A DNA stretch of 33,224 bases from Minisyncoccota bacterium. Lineage in GTDB: Bacteria; Patescibacteriota; Minisyncoccia; Phycocordibacterales; UBA9973. Numbering within the stretch: position 1 is the stretch's first letter; each line of letters starts with the position of its first letter. Shown here piece by piece: positions 8,900-18,380 of the stretch. The translations under genes were made by a program, and so were the position numbers. The notes below the pieces were generated by a model that was given only the letters and a program-made list of their open reading frames with translations, was not told where the DNA came from and made no database searches. The stretch lies in assembly GCA_040900015.1 (NCBI GenBank), contig JBBDZS010000023.1, positions 25,023-58,246 on the forward strand. Reading direction: 5' to 3'.

Positions 8900-8923
8900 T
8901 ATACTATGATATATCGTAGTATA
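8900..8923. repeat. 24-bp palindrome downstream of the TrpR-like gene
   Basis: TATACTATGATATATCGTAGTATA; one mismatch from perfect dyad TATACTACGATATATCGTAGTATA. Confidence 0.9.
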
Positions 8924-8939
8924 AGATTATTTACTTTAT

Positions 8940-9353
8940 TTACTCAAAATCTTTAAATATTTTCTTCCAACGACCTCGTCCTGCTTTAGGGTGTAATGTT
9001 CCACCAGCTGTAAGTAGAAATTCAATTAAATCTAAAACCCCTTTTTGCTTTTTGTTTGCAATTTTTAGAATTATATTGTATTTACCATTCTCAATATTTA
9101 GTGACGTCTTTGCCACCGTTGAAGGGCTTACGCGTAATATATCAACAATACGGTGCTGTGGGATCTCTTTACTTAGGAGAAGTATTATTGCAAGTCGCTT
9201 AGATAGCATTATCTTTTCAGTATAGGTAAAAAGCTCTTGAAACAGAGGATATAAATCGTTGTCTTCTGAGGCCTGCCCGAAAGTGGAAAGTAGCTTTTTG
9301 TTTAATTTATTAAGAGTTTCTTTCTTAAGTTTTTTACTAGAAACGTGAGGCAT
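8940..9353 (-). CDS. TrpR/YerC/YecD-like helix-turn-helix protein
   Basis: LFTYTEKIMLSKRLAIILLL...HRIVDILRVSPSTVAK matches the TrpR/YerC pattern LxTxxE...xxRL.I...L + HTH (S.ST..R/K). Confidence 0.7.
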   Translation of the reverse strand: MPHVSSKKLKKETLNKLNKKLLSTFGQASEDNDLYPLFQELFTYTEKIMLSKRLAIILLLSKEIPQHRIVDILRVSPSTVAKTSLNIENGKYNIILKIANKKQKGVLDLIEFLLTAGGTLHPKAGRGRWKKIFKDFE

Positions 9354-9362
9354 ATATTATAT

Positions 9363-9386
9363 TATACTACAATATATCGTAGTATA
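9363..9386. repeat. 24-bp palindrome overlapping the TrpR-like gene promoter (putative operator)
   Basis: TATACTACAATATATCGTAGTATA; overlaps minus-strand TATAAT (9361-9366), which lies 7 nt from ATG 9353. Extra half-site ATATCGTAGTA at 9391-9401. Confidence 0.9.
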
Positions 9387-9415
9387 GTAAATATCGTAGT
9401 ACAGTAAATTGTGAC

Positions 9416-11158
9416 TTATTTCCGATTTTTTATTTCTTCAGTTAGTTTAGTTATCAATTCTTCTTTAGACATCTGCCCAAGCTGGCCAGCATCTCTGGAC
9501 TCAAGAGTTACTTTTCCTGCTTCTATTTCTTTGTCTCCAATAACTATCCAATACGGGAGCTTGTTGTTCTTAGCATCTCTAACTTTACCTCCGAGGTTGC
9601 CGTCTTTGTCATCGAGCTCGGCGCGGATGCCTGCATTAGTGAGCATTTCAAAAACCTCTTTTGCATATTCATTATGATTTTCACGAACAGGGATTACTTT
9701 TACTTGTACCGGAGCAAGCCAGAGGGGAAAGTTTCCGGCTGTGTGCTCGATTAAGATGGAAAGGAACCTGTCTATGGAGCCCATAATAGCGGCGTGGAGC
9801 ATCACGATTCTTTCTTGTTCACCTTTTTCGTTTATACAAAAAAGATCAAATCGTTCCGGCTGATTCATATCCATTTGGATGGTTGCCACTTGCCACTCTC
9901 TTCCGATTGCGTCTTTGGCCATGAAGTCTAGCTTCGGCCCGTAGAAGGCCGCCTCGCCAACTCCCTCGAACCAGTCCACGTTCTTAGAGGTGACTATTTC
10001 TCTAAGTGTCGTCTCCGCATGTTCCCATTTATCCGCTCCACCTAAATACTTTTCAGGCTCTTTTGGGTCGCGGATGGACAGGCGGACTCTTAAAGAAAAA
10101 CCGAAAGCATTATAAAAATCCTGCACTATGTCCCAGACTTTTAGGAATTCTTCCTTTACCTGCGACATTCGGCAGAACACGTGCGCATCGTCTTGGGTAA
10201 AGCTTCTTACTCGGGAAAGTCCGGAGAGTTCACCTGACTGTTCGTCGCGGTAGCAGGTGGTGCTGTTGCAGTATCTTTGTGGGAGTTCTTTGTAGCTCCA
10301 CTGTTTACGGTCGTATATCTGGGTGTGGTGCGGACAGTTCATTGGCTTCATTGCGAACTCGTGTCCTTCGCGGGTTGTGATCCGAAACAGCTCGTCTTTA
10401 AACTTATCCCAGTGTCCGCTTTTTTCGTAAAGGTCTTTTTTGGTTATATGAGGTATTTCTACTTTGACATAACCTCTCTTTTCGCGGAGCTCCCAGACGA
10501 AATCATCAAGAAGATTCCTCAGAATCGTACCTTTCGGCGTCCAGAGAGGAAGGCCGCTTCCTACCAATTCGGAGAATACGAAAAGGTCGAGCTCCTTACC
10601 TAATTTTTTATGATCTCTTTTTTCTGCCTCTTCTCTTTGTGTTAAATACGCATCTAGCTCTTCCTTCGTTTCAAAAGCTAGTCCGTAAACACGGGTAAGC
10701 ATTTTATTCTTCTCGTCTCCGCGCCAGTAGGCTCCGGCCACGCGGTCGAGCTTGAAGGCATCTGCCTTAATCTCGCTCATATCTTCCGTATGTCCGCCCT
10801 TACACAAGTCCCAATAATTTCCAGACTTGTAAAAAGATACTTTTGATCCATCCTTGGTAAATTCATCAATCAATTCGTGTTTGTACGGATTGTCAGGATA
10901 TTCTTTCTTGGCCTCGTCGGCAGATAGCTCTGACCGTTCGAAGGTTTTCCAAGAAGGAAGTATTTTACGCATCGTCTTTTCGATTTTAGGTAAGTCAGTG
11001 TCAGAGATAGGGGAAGAGAACTCAAAGTCGAAATAAAAGCCGTTGTCTATGGCTGGTCCGATGGTGCGTTTGGTGTCCGGATAAAGCTCCATCACAGCCG
11101 CCGCCAGCAGATGGGCAAGCGAGTGTCTAAGATTGGCCAATTTCTCTGTCTTTTCCAT
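9416..11158 (-). CDS. thrS: Threonyl-tRNA synthetase lacking the N-terminal TGS domain
   Basis: RHSLAH, DLCKGGH, RDHKKLG, KPMNCPHH, RVRSFTQDDAH and AFYGPKLD. Start moved to ATG 11158, which follows TATAAT at 11165-11170 by 6 nt. Confidence 0.95.
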   Translation of the reverse strand: MEKTEKLANLRHSLAHLLAAAVMELYPDTKRTIGPAIDNGFYFDFEFSSPISDTDLPKIEKTMRKILPSWKTFERSELSADEAKKEYPDNPYKHELIDEFTKDGSKVSFYKSGNYWDLCKGGHTEDMSEIKADAFKLDRVAGAYWRGDEKNKMLTRVYGLAFETKEELDAYLTQREEAEKRDHKKLGKELDLFVFSELVGSGLPLWTPKGTILRNLLDDFVWELREKRGYVKVEIPHITKKDLYEKSGHWDKFKDELFRITTREGHEFAMKPMNCPHHTQIYDRKQWSYKELPQRYCNSTTCYRDEQSGELSGLSRVRSFTQDDAHVFCRMSQVKEEFLKVWDIVQDFYNAFGFSLRVRLSIRDPKEPEKYLGGADKWEHAETTLREIVTSKNVDWFEGVGEAAFYGPKLDFMAKDAIGREWQVATIQMDMNQPERFDLFCINEKGEQERIVMLHAAIMGSIDRFLSILIEHTAGNFPLWLAPVQVKVIPVRENHNEYAKEVFEMLTNAGIRAELDDKDGNLGGKVRDAKNNKLPYWIVIGDKEIEAGKVTLESRDAGQLGQMSKEELITKLTEEIKNRK

Positions 11159-11233
11159 ATAAGAATTATAATAGCACACTTTTCCCTATGCAAAAATTGC
11201 TTTTCGAACGCAATATGCTAGTATATGGACATT

Positions 11234-11458
11234 ATGGTAGTACGAATGAGGCACACAAAATCGCATACGAAAAACAGGCGCTCCCACCACGCTCTTAAAA
11301 GCACCTCTTTTGCCAAGTGCGAAAACTGCAAAGGGCTCAAGCGACGCCACACAGTATGTGCGTCCTGTGGCTTTTATCGTGGTAAGAAAATCCTAGATTT
11401 AGTAAAAAAAGCGGAAAAGAAACAAAAGAAGGCGAAAGCGAAAGCAGCAAGTAAATAA
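11234..11458 (+). CDS. rpmF: 50S ribosomal protein L32 (Zn-ribbon type)
   Basis: RRSHHAL, CENC...RHTVCASCGFYRG. Start at 11234 preferred because TTGCTT-16-TAGTAT ends at 11224. Confidence 0.9.
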   Translation: MVVRMRHTKSHTKNRRSHHALKSTSFAKCENCKGLKRRHTVCASCGFYRGKKILDLVKKAEKKQKKAKAKAASK

Positions 11459-11537
11459 TTATTGCACCCCTCGCGCCGAGCGCTAAAAGGATGCACTTAA
11501 ATTATTCTTAAGTTAAACTTGCTTCGCTCATTAATTT

Positions 11538-12437
11538 ATGGCAAACAGGCACCTTTCTAGATCAATAGTTCTCCAGACTCTATTCGAATTAGATTTTAAT
11601 AAATCGGAAGGTATAGATGTGCGTCAGGCAGTCAGTCGCAATATCAAAGAGTTCGCCCTCGGATTGGAGGACGATACTTTCGTATTCACGCTGGCGGATA
11701 TGGTCATCAAAAAGAAGGGGGTTATCGACGAAATAATAGAAAAAGCCGCGCCGGACTGGCCCATAGAAAAGATCTCTGTCGTAGATCGCAATATTTTGCG
11801 AATTGGGCTCACCGAGCTTCTTTTTGGTGACCGCAAGGAAGTGCCGCCGAAAGTGGCCATCAACGAAGCCATTGAGCTTGCCAAGACATTCGGTGGAGAG
11901 AATTCTGGCAAGTTTGTAAACGGAGTTTTGGGCGCGGTTTACAAAGAAATGGGTGAACCAGGCAAGAGTGAGACCAGCAAGCGGAAAAAATCTGACGAGA
12001 AGATAGACATAACAAAATTACCAGTTGAGACCTTGGGTGGAGCCCTAGTCTATACTAAGAAGAATAATGAAATTTATTTCGCTTTAGTTCATGATGTCTT
12101 CGGATATTGGACTTTATCTAAGGGTAAACTCGAAAATGGTGAGGATTTGTCTGTAGGTATTCTGCGCTCGCTCAAAAAAGAAATTGGTTTAGATATTACC
12201 CTCAAGGAGAAGCTTGGGGAAAATGAATATGTGGCCACTCATCCCGAAAAAGGCAAAACTCTAAAAAAGGTGGCGTACTTTTTGGCTGAAAGTGAATATA
12301 AGGACCTTGAGCTTGAGAAGTCTGGAGGCCTAGATAAGGCGGAGTGGTTTCCGCTCTCGCGTATACCTGAGCTTCGGATATATAATGACATTATTCCGCT
12401 TATTGCCAAGGCTGTAGAAATTATTAGTAAAAAATAA
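11538..12437 (+). CDS. nusB: Transcription antitermination factor NusB fused to a C-terminal Nudix-like domain
   Basis: [27 protein letters not shown] and FVNGVLG. C-terminal [13 protein letters not shown]...RSLKKEIGL and A.WF. Confidence 0.88.
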   Translation: MANRHLSRSIVLQTLFELDFNKSEGIDVRQAVSRNIKEFALGLEDDTFVFTLADMVIKKKGVIDEIIEKAAPDWPIEKISVVDRNILRIGLTELLFGDRKEVPPKVAINEAIELAKTFGGENSGKFVNGVLGAVYKEMGEPGKSETSKRKKSDEKIDITKLPVETLGGALVYTKKNNEIYFALVHDVFGYWTLSKGKLENGEDLSVGILRSLKKEIGLDITLKEKLGENEYVATHPEKGKTLKKVAYFLAESEYKDLELEKSGGLDKAEWFPLSRIPELRIYNDIIPLIAKAVEIISKK

Positions 12438-12440
12438 TTT

Positions 12441-13136
12441 ATGATTAATTTTTCAGATTTTGAGAAGAAGACAAAAATAATTTTTAAAGACAAGGATTTG
12501 CTTCGTCAGGCTTTTGTTCATCGCTCATATATCAATGAGAATCCCTCCGCGGGAATCGCGCACAACGAACGCTTAGAATTCCTAGGCGACGCGGTGCTCG
12601 AGCTTGTGGTGACGGATTATCTATATAAAAAATATAAGAGCTACACAGAGGGGGAGCTCACGGCTGTGCGCTCCGCCTTGGTAAACGCCATCATCATCTC
12701 AGAAGCAGCATCCATAGCCGGCATGAACGATTACCTACTTCTTTCCAAGGGAGAGTCCAAAGACAATGGCAAAGCTAGGCAGTACATTCTTGCAAACACA
12801 TATGAAGCATATGTTGGTGCTGTGTTTTTGGATCAAGGACTCAAAGCAGCCGAGAAATTCATCACCACTTCGCTTCTTCATAAAACAGAAGAAATAGTAA
12901 ACAAGAAGCTTTGGCGCGACGCTAAGAGCTTAGTACAAGAGAAGGCTCAGGAATTCGCTTCGGTTACTCCAGCTTACAAGGTAATGCGTGAGTCTGGACC
13001 AGATCACGATAAACATTTTACAGTGGGTATTTATTTTGGAAATGCGTTGATTGCCGAAGGTAAAGGCAAGAGCAAACAAGAGGCCGAGCAAAAAGCGGCA
13101 GAAGCAGCTTTGAAAGCGAAGCACTGGCTCGACTAA
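12441..13136 (+). CDS. rnc: Ribonuclease III
   Basis: HRSY, HNERLEFLGDAVL, EGELT, EAYVGA and dsRBD KS..QE...GPDHDKHF...GKGKSKQEAEQ.AA. Confidence 0.97.
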   Translation: MINFSDFEKKTKIIFKDKDLLRQAFVHRSYINENPSAGIAHNERLEFLGDAVLELVVTDYLYKKYKSYTEGELTAVRSALVNAIIISEAASIAGMNDYLLLSKGESKDNGKARQYILANTYEAYVGAVFLDQGLKAAEKFITTSLLHKTEEIVNKKLWRDAKSLVQEKAQEFASVTPAYKVMRESGPDHDKHFTVGIYFGNALIAEGKGKSKQEAEQKAAEAALKAKHWLD

Positions 13137-13145
13137 ATTAAAATT

Positions 13146-15263
13146 ATGCGACTTAAGACCATAGAATTAAACGGTTTCAAATCTTTTGCTCAAAAAACCG
13201 CTTTGGAGTTCGATAGTCCGATAGTAGCAGTAGTAGGCCCAAATGGGTCTGGCAAGTCCAATGTAGTCGAAGCTATTCGCTTTGTGTTGGGCGAACAGTC
13301 GATGAAGTCAATGCGCGGAAAGGGTGGATCGGATCTTATTTTCAAAGGATCGAAAAATTTATCAAAAGGCACCAAGGCCACTACGACGATACATTTCCAT
13401 AACAAGGACAAGGTTTTTAAGCTGGGAAATGACTTTGGCGAGAACATAAACCTCAATTACGATCTTATTTCTATTTCCCGTGAAGTTCATTCCGACGGAA
13501 TGAACAAGTACATCCTAAACGGCACGGAAGTAAGGCTGAAAGACATCAATCAACTGCTTTCCTCGGTAAACATCGGTGCTTCTGGGCACCACATAATTTC
13601 TCAAGGTGAGGCCGATCGGATACTGAATGCCAATTCTAAAGAACGCAGAGAAATGATAGAGGACGCACTAGGGTTAAAGATTTACCAGTATAAGATAAAG
13701 GAAAGTTCTCGTAAACTTGAACGAACCAACGAGAATATGAAAGAAGTCAGTATGCTTCGCCGAGAAAATGCCCCGCATCTTAATTTTCTCCGCAAACAAG
13801 TGGATAAATTTGAGAAGACGAAAGAAATCGAAGCGGAACTTCTCGCCCTATACAGAGAATATCTAAAAAAAGAAAGCTTATATCTAGAAGAAGAGAAAGA
13901 ACGGCTCTTGGTGGAAAAAAACAAACTAAGTCGAGAGATCGAAATACTTGCCGGTAAAATTTCTCAAACCGAAGATGGAGGCGCAAAGGAAGGCAATAAA
14001 AAAATCGAGGAGCTCCGGGTGGTGGAAGCTAGAATGAATGAAATACGGAGTGGTAAGGGAGAACTCGAACGCAAACTCGGCCGTATTGAGGGCATACTGG
14101 AATCCAAAGAGTTAAAGATCAAACTATCTGGCAGATGCCCGACTTGCGGAAGCGAGATTAGGGAAGTGGGGGCGGAACAGATTGAGAGCAGGCAGAACAA
14201 CGAAAAGGAAGTAGCGGAACTGAAGACTTCGCAAACTACTATTACAAGAGAGATGGAAAAGCTAGTGGAAGAAGAAGGTAAACTTTCCTTGTCGATAGCA
14301 ACCTTAAAGGAAGAGATAAATAAAGAAATGGAATCTTTGCGCGATAAAGAACGCGAGAAATTTAGTCTGAAGGTTCGACATCAGGAGTTGTCCTCAGCTA
14401 TGTCTCTTATAAATGTACGCTTGGAAAATTTGGAAAGAGAAGAAAATCAGTTTGAAACAGAAATAAAAGAAGGAACAGTGCTCGTCGGGGCAGGGATATT
14501 ATCATACAAGGAATTTCAAATAGAAGACGAGCTGGACAGATTACATCAGGAAGAAGCCAAGAAGAAGATCGACCGTTTGAAGATCAAACTTGAGGACGCT
14601 GGCCTCGGCAACGGCGCAGAAATAATGAAAGAGTTTAAAGAAGTCTCCGAGCGCGATCAATTTCTCGCTAAAGAAATGGAAGATTTGGCTAAAAGTATTG
14701 AGTCCTTAAATCAGCTGATGGCGGAACTCAAAGAAAAGATAGATTTTGAATTCAAGGAGGGCGTGAAGAAAATAAATGTGGAATTTCAGGAATTCTTTTC
14801 TCTTATGTTCGGCGGTGGTACAGGCACTCTCAATATTGTAGTAGAAAGCAAGCGCCGAAAATCTGACGATGAACTCGAAGGAGTAGATGAGAGAGAGATA
14901 GCCTTTGAGCAGGGTATTGAGATAAATGTGTCTTTACCGCACAAAAAAGTCAAAGAATTGCATGCATTGTCGGGTGGAGAACGATCGCTAACTTCTATCG
15001 CTCTTCTTTTCGCGATGTCTCAAGTGAATCCGCCGCCTTTCCTAGTCTTAGATGAAACGGATGCCGCATTGGACGAAGCGAACTCCAGAAAATACGGAAA
15101 CATGCTTGAAAAGCTTTCGAAGCATTCTCAACTGATAGTAGTCACTCACAATCGAGAGACGATGTCCCGCGCCGGAATGCTTTACGGAGTCACTATTGGC
15201 TCCGACGGTGCGTCTAAGCTCCTCTCCGTCAAATTTGACGACGCTGTGCAGATAGCGAAATAA
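13146..15263 (+). CDS. smc: Short Smc-family chromosome segregation ATPase
   Basis: GFKSFA, GPNGSGKSN, LGEQSMKSMRG, Q-loop ISQG, LSGGERSL, LDETDAALDEAN and VVTH. Follows rnc. Only 705 aa, with a central CPTC. Confidence 0.85.
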   Translation: MRLKTIELNGFKSFAQKTALEFDSPIVAVVGPNGSGKSNVVEAIRFVLGEQSMKSMRGKGGSDLIFKGSKNLSKGTKATTTIHFHNKDKVFKLGNDFGENINLNYDLISISREVHSDGMNKYILNGTEVRLKDINQLLSSVNIGASGHHIISQGEADRILNANSKERREMIEDALGLKIYQYKIKESSRKLERTNENMKEVSMLRRENAPHLNFLRKQVDKFEKTKEIEAELLALYREYLKKESLYLEEEKERLLVEKNKLSREIEILAGKISQTEDGGAKEGNKKIEELRVVEARMNEIRSGKGELERKLGRIEGILESKELKIKLSGRCPTCGSEIREVGAEQIESRQNNEKEVAELKTSQTTITREMEKLVEEEGKLSLSIATLKEEINKEMESLRDKEREKFSLKVRHQELSSAMSLINVRLENLEREENQFETEIKEGTVLVGAGILSYKEFQIEDELDRLHQEEAKKKIDRLKIKLEDAGLGNGAEIMKEFKEVSERDQFLAKEMEDLAKSIESLNQLMAELKEKIDFEFKEGVKKINVEFQEFFSLMFGGGTGTLNIVVESKRRKSDDELEGVDEREIAFEQGIEINVSLPHKKVKELHALSGGERSLTSIALLFAMSQVNPPPFLVLDETDAALDEANSRKYGNMLEKLSKHSQLIVVTHNRETMSRAGMLYGVTIGSDGASKLLSVKFDDAVQIAK

Positions 15264-15265
15264 AT

Positions 15266-16315
15266 TTAAATAACTTCTTCGAAGATTATTTCTTCCTCTA
15301 CGCCTTCGGTGGCTATGGCAGGCTGGAAGAATTTATTTATTTGGGTGATATTTTTCTTAACTGACATACTACCATCCTCGCGGAGCCTGATTTCGAGCAA
15401 CATCCCGATCATCGTCGGTTCACTCCAAGATTGGTCAAAGATGAAGTTCCCCAAGGAGTAGGCGATATATGCGTCTTTATAGACTTCAGTATCTTGCACC
15501 ACATGTGGATGGTGCCCGATTATAATCTTCGCTCCGTGATCAACAGCCCGGTGTGCCAGGTATTCCTGTCGATTATTGTGAATAGGTTTGTATTCGTCTC
15601 CGAAATGAAAGGATACGATTAGGAAATTTACTTGCGCCGCCGCCGCTTCGACTATTTCTGCGAACCTAGGATCATTTGCGAGAAGCAATCCAGCATTGTC
15701 TTCCTGTACTTCCATCCAGCTTGGGCCGACATCTGAGAAGGCAAGAAAGCCTAGCTTTATCCCATTTTTTTCTATAATGGTTGGAGCTTCCGCTTCTGCT
15801 CTAGTCATACCTCCTCCAGTAAAAGGTATGTTTGCCTGGTTGAGGCGGGTCATAGTATCTTCATAGGCTTCTTTTTTCCAGTCACCTACATGGTTGTTGG
15901 CTAGCGAAAGTATATTTATACCCGCATTTTTAAGCGCGTCTATCACACTTATATCCATCCTGAAGGAATATAAATTTCTTAAATCTGTGCCTTTGTCTGA
16001 GGCTGGGCCTTCCAAGTTGGCAAAAACGACGTCAAAAGTTTTCAGAAATCCAAGGAATTCAAAAAGCTTATTGTAGTCGCTTCCTAAATTTTTATTGACC
16101 GAAGCCCTGACCCCTCGTGCGGCCATAATATCTCCGCCGAAAATCATATTTACAGATTGAAGACCCTCTGGTTCTTTTTCGGTAGGGGTTAGTTCTCCGA
16201 CAGTAAGTGGGTTTTGATTGACCGCCTCAGGTCTACGCTCAACCAACCACCAAGCAAATACCCCGATGAGGATTAACAATAATATTCCCGCAAATAATTT
16301 TATTTTTGAATTCAT
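15266..16315 (-). CDS. CapA/PgsA-family metallophosphoesterase-fold membrane-anchored protein
   Basis: N-terminal TM, GGDIM, NLEGP, LANNH..D, SFHFGDEY, GHHPHV and YSLGNFIFDQ. Confidence 0.88.
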   Translation of the reverse strand: MNSKIKLFAGILLLILIGVFAWWLVERRPEAVNQNPLTVGELTPTEKEPEGLQSVNMIFGGDIMAARGVRASVNKNLGSDYNKLFEFLGFLKTFDVVFANLEGPASDKGTDLRNLYSFRMDISVIDALKNAGINILSLANNHVGDWKKEAYEDTMTRLNQANIPFTGGGMTRAEAEAPTIIEKNGIKLGFLAFSDVGPSWMEVQEDNAGLLLANDPRFAEIVEAAAAQVNFLIVSFHFGDEYKPIHNNRQEYLAHRAVDHGAKIIIGHHPHVVQDTEVYKDAYIAYSLGNFIFDQSWSEPTMIGMLLEIRLREDGSMSVKKNITQINKFFQPAIATEGVEEEIIFEEVI

Positions 16316-16319
16316 ATTT

Positions 16320-18314
16320 TTATATTAATGAATAATCTATTGTTTTTCTCTCCAAATCAGCGGCTTTTACTTTTATTTTTACCTTATCTCCGAGGCGATA
16401 TCTCTTTTTCTTTTTCTGTCCCACCAGTTCTAGCTTCTTTTCGTTGAAGACATAAAAGTCATCAGTGAGATCTCGCACTCGCACCATACCTTCACATTTG
16501 GTTTCAATTTCTTCTACATACATACCCCATTCGGTAATACCAGAGATGATGCCATTGAAAGTTTCGCCTAGGCGCTTGCTCATATATTCCACCTGCTTAT
16601 ATTTAATGGAAGCCCGTTCTGCGTCGGCAGCTCGTTTTTCTTGTTCAGAAGAAATTTTCGCCACTTCCTCGAGCGCCAACCAATTAGCTCGGAGTTTTTG
16701 CTTTGGAGTTTTTTTATTTAATAAGTGATCTGTAAGTAGGCGGTGCACGATGATGTCTGGATATCTGCGGATTGGGGAAGTGAAGTGTGTATAGTATTGG
16801 AAAGCGAGGCCGTAGTGACCGATATTTTGAGTGGAGTAAACAGCTTTGGCCATACTCCGCACCACCGCTCTCTGAACAGTATCTCTGATAGTCTCATCTG
16901 CCGCTTTACCAGAAAGATTTTTGAGCAGGTTGTTTATTTCATGAGTAGGTATGATGCCTTCACGCAAAGAAACCCTGTGGCCTAAGCTTCGCAAGAAGAA
17001 AGAAAGATCAAGCATCTTTTCTTTATTTGGCAAATCGTGTATACGGTAGATGAATGCTTCGTCTGCTCTAAGGTCGGGTTTCTTCGTCTTGTTCCTACCG
17101 TGTGCATCTTTCGGCGAGAGGGCTTCGGCCACCTGACGGTTGGCAAGCAACATGAACTCTTCGATGAGTTTATTGGAGTCACCACGAACTTTCTTGATGA
17201 CCTTAACGGGTGTGCCGTTTTTATCGAGCACAAACTTCACTTCTTCCTGTTCTAGAGAAATAGCGCCCTTGCTGAATCTTTCTTTGGTCAGTTTCTTTGC
17301 TAAGGTATTTAACATTGAGAGTTCTTTGTGAAGCGGCGCTCCCACTTTCTTAATGGAAATTTCAGCTTCCTCATAACTAAATCTTTTTTGAGAATGAATG
17401 ACGCTTTTACCAAACCAGGCTTTCTTTACTCTAGTTCCGTCATCAATTATGAAGACGGCGCTCATAGTCAAGCGGTCTTTATTGGGCACTAGACTGCATA
17501 GATCGTTGGACAACACTTCAGGAAGCATGGGAATGGTACGATCCACCAGATATACCGATGTTCCACGCTCCTTGGCCTCAGCATCCAATCCGCTTCCACT
17601 CTTAACATAATGCGACACATCTGCGATATGGATTCCTATTTCATACTCGTTTTTGTCGAGTTCTCGGAAGGACAGGGCATCATCGAAATCTTTTGCATCG
17701 GATGGGTCAATGGTGAAAGTGAGAATTTTTCGGAAATCGCGCCTACCGACATAATCACTTGCTTGTATGCCCCGGCGCTTTATTTCAGTTGCTTCGCGTT
17801 CTGCTTCTTCTGAAAGTTCCGCCTCGAATCCTTTCTCGATTGCGATAGAATACATTTCCGTATCATTGTCTCCTGGGCGACCGAGTATTTTTATTACTTT
17901 GCCTTCTGGTGCTTTGCGCGCATCTTTCCAAGCGATAATCTTTACGAATACTTTCTCACCTGGTTTAGCGTTGCCAAGCGATTGCTCGGGAATAAGTATA
18001 TCGGTGTACATTCGGATATCGTCTGGCTTCAGAAAAAAAGCATTATTTTCTTTTTCCAGTACCCCAGCGAAGCTTGCTTTGTGGCGTCTTATTATTTCGA
18101 GCACTTCCGCTTTCTGTCTGCTTTGAGATTTACCAAGTGGCGCTATTTTTACCCAGTCCCCATGAAGCGCGGTATTGAGGTCGTGCGGACTAATTTCAAA
18201 ATCTTCCCCGATTCCTTCAACTGATACATAGCCTGTGCCCTTAGATGAGATTGATATGCTGCCTTCGTGCCGATTGCCGTTTTTGGTCTTTGCGGGCTTA
18301 TTCTGATGTTTCAT
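16320..18314 (-). CDS. rnr: Ribonuclease R (RNB family)
   Basis: TIDPSDAKDFDDA, HIADVSHYV, RGTSVYL, IEEFMLLAN, HFTSPIRRYPD and a C-terminal S1 domain. Confidence 0.95.
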   Translation of the reverse strand: MKHQNKPAKTKNGNRHEGSISISSKGTGYVSVEGIGEDFEISPHDLNTALHGDWVKIAPLGKSQSRQKAEVLEIIRRHKASFAGVLEKENNAFFLKPDDIRMYTDILIPEQSLGNAKPGEKVFVKIIAWKDARKAPEGKVIKILGRPGDNDTEMYSIAIEKGFEAELSEEAEREATEIKRRGIQASDYVGRRDFRKILTFTIDPSDAKDFDDALSFRELDKNEYEIGIHIADVSHYVKSGSGLDAEAKERGTSVYLVDRTIPMLPEVLSNDLCSLVPNKDRLTMSAVFIIDDGTRVKKAWFGKSVIHSQKRFSYEEAEISIKKVGAPLHKELSMLNTLAKKLTKERFSKGAISLEQEEVKFVLDKNGTPVKVIKKVRGDSNKLIEEFMLLANRQVAEALSPKDAHGRNKTKKPDLRADEAFIYRIHDLPNKEKMLDLSFFLRSLGHRVSLREGIIPTHEINNLLKNLSGKAADETIRDTVQRAVVRSMAKAVYSTQNIGHYGLAFQYYTHFTSPIRRYPDIIVHRLLTDHLLNKKTPKQKLRANWLALEEVAKISSEQEKRAADAERASIKYKQVEYMSKRLGETFNGIISGITEWGMYVEEIETKCEGMVRVRDLTDDFYVFNEKKLELVGQKKKKRYRLGDKVKIKVKAADLERKTIDYSLI

Positions 18315-18320
18315 TCTGTC

Positions 18321-18374
18321 ATTATAACATAAAAACTAAGGCGGTATTGCAATTTTCCATCTTTGTGTTAAGCT
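18321..18374. promoter_or_regulatory. Divergent leaderless-type promoters for rnr and rpsP
   Basis: Minus: TGtTATAAT (18321-18329), 6 nt from ATG 18314. Plus: TTGCAA (18347-18352), 16 nt, TAAGCT (18369-18374, preceded by TG), 6 nt from ATG 18381. Confidence 0.6.
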
Positions 18375-18380
18375 GACTTT

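Noticed and set aside
8900-9401. Repeated 24-bp palindromes as a CRISPR array
   Set aside because: Only two full copies, about 440 nt apart with a gene between them; no spacer periodicity and no cas genes.
9416-11158. ThrRS lacking the TGS domain as a novelty
   Set aside because: N-terminally shortened ThrRS enzymes are known in reduced genomes; catalytic and editing motifs are intact.
11461-11496. Imperfect hairpin between rpmF and nusB (TGCACC...GGATGCA)
   Set aside because: Weak, interrupted stem with no U-tract and no recognisable RNA family.
17057-17089. 8-nt direct repeat CTTCGTCT flanking a segment of an rnr loop, as a target-site duplication
   Set aside because: The spacing is 25 nt, not a multiple of 3, and there is no internal palindrome; likely chance.
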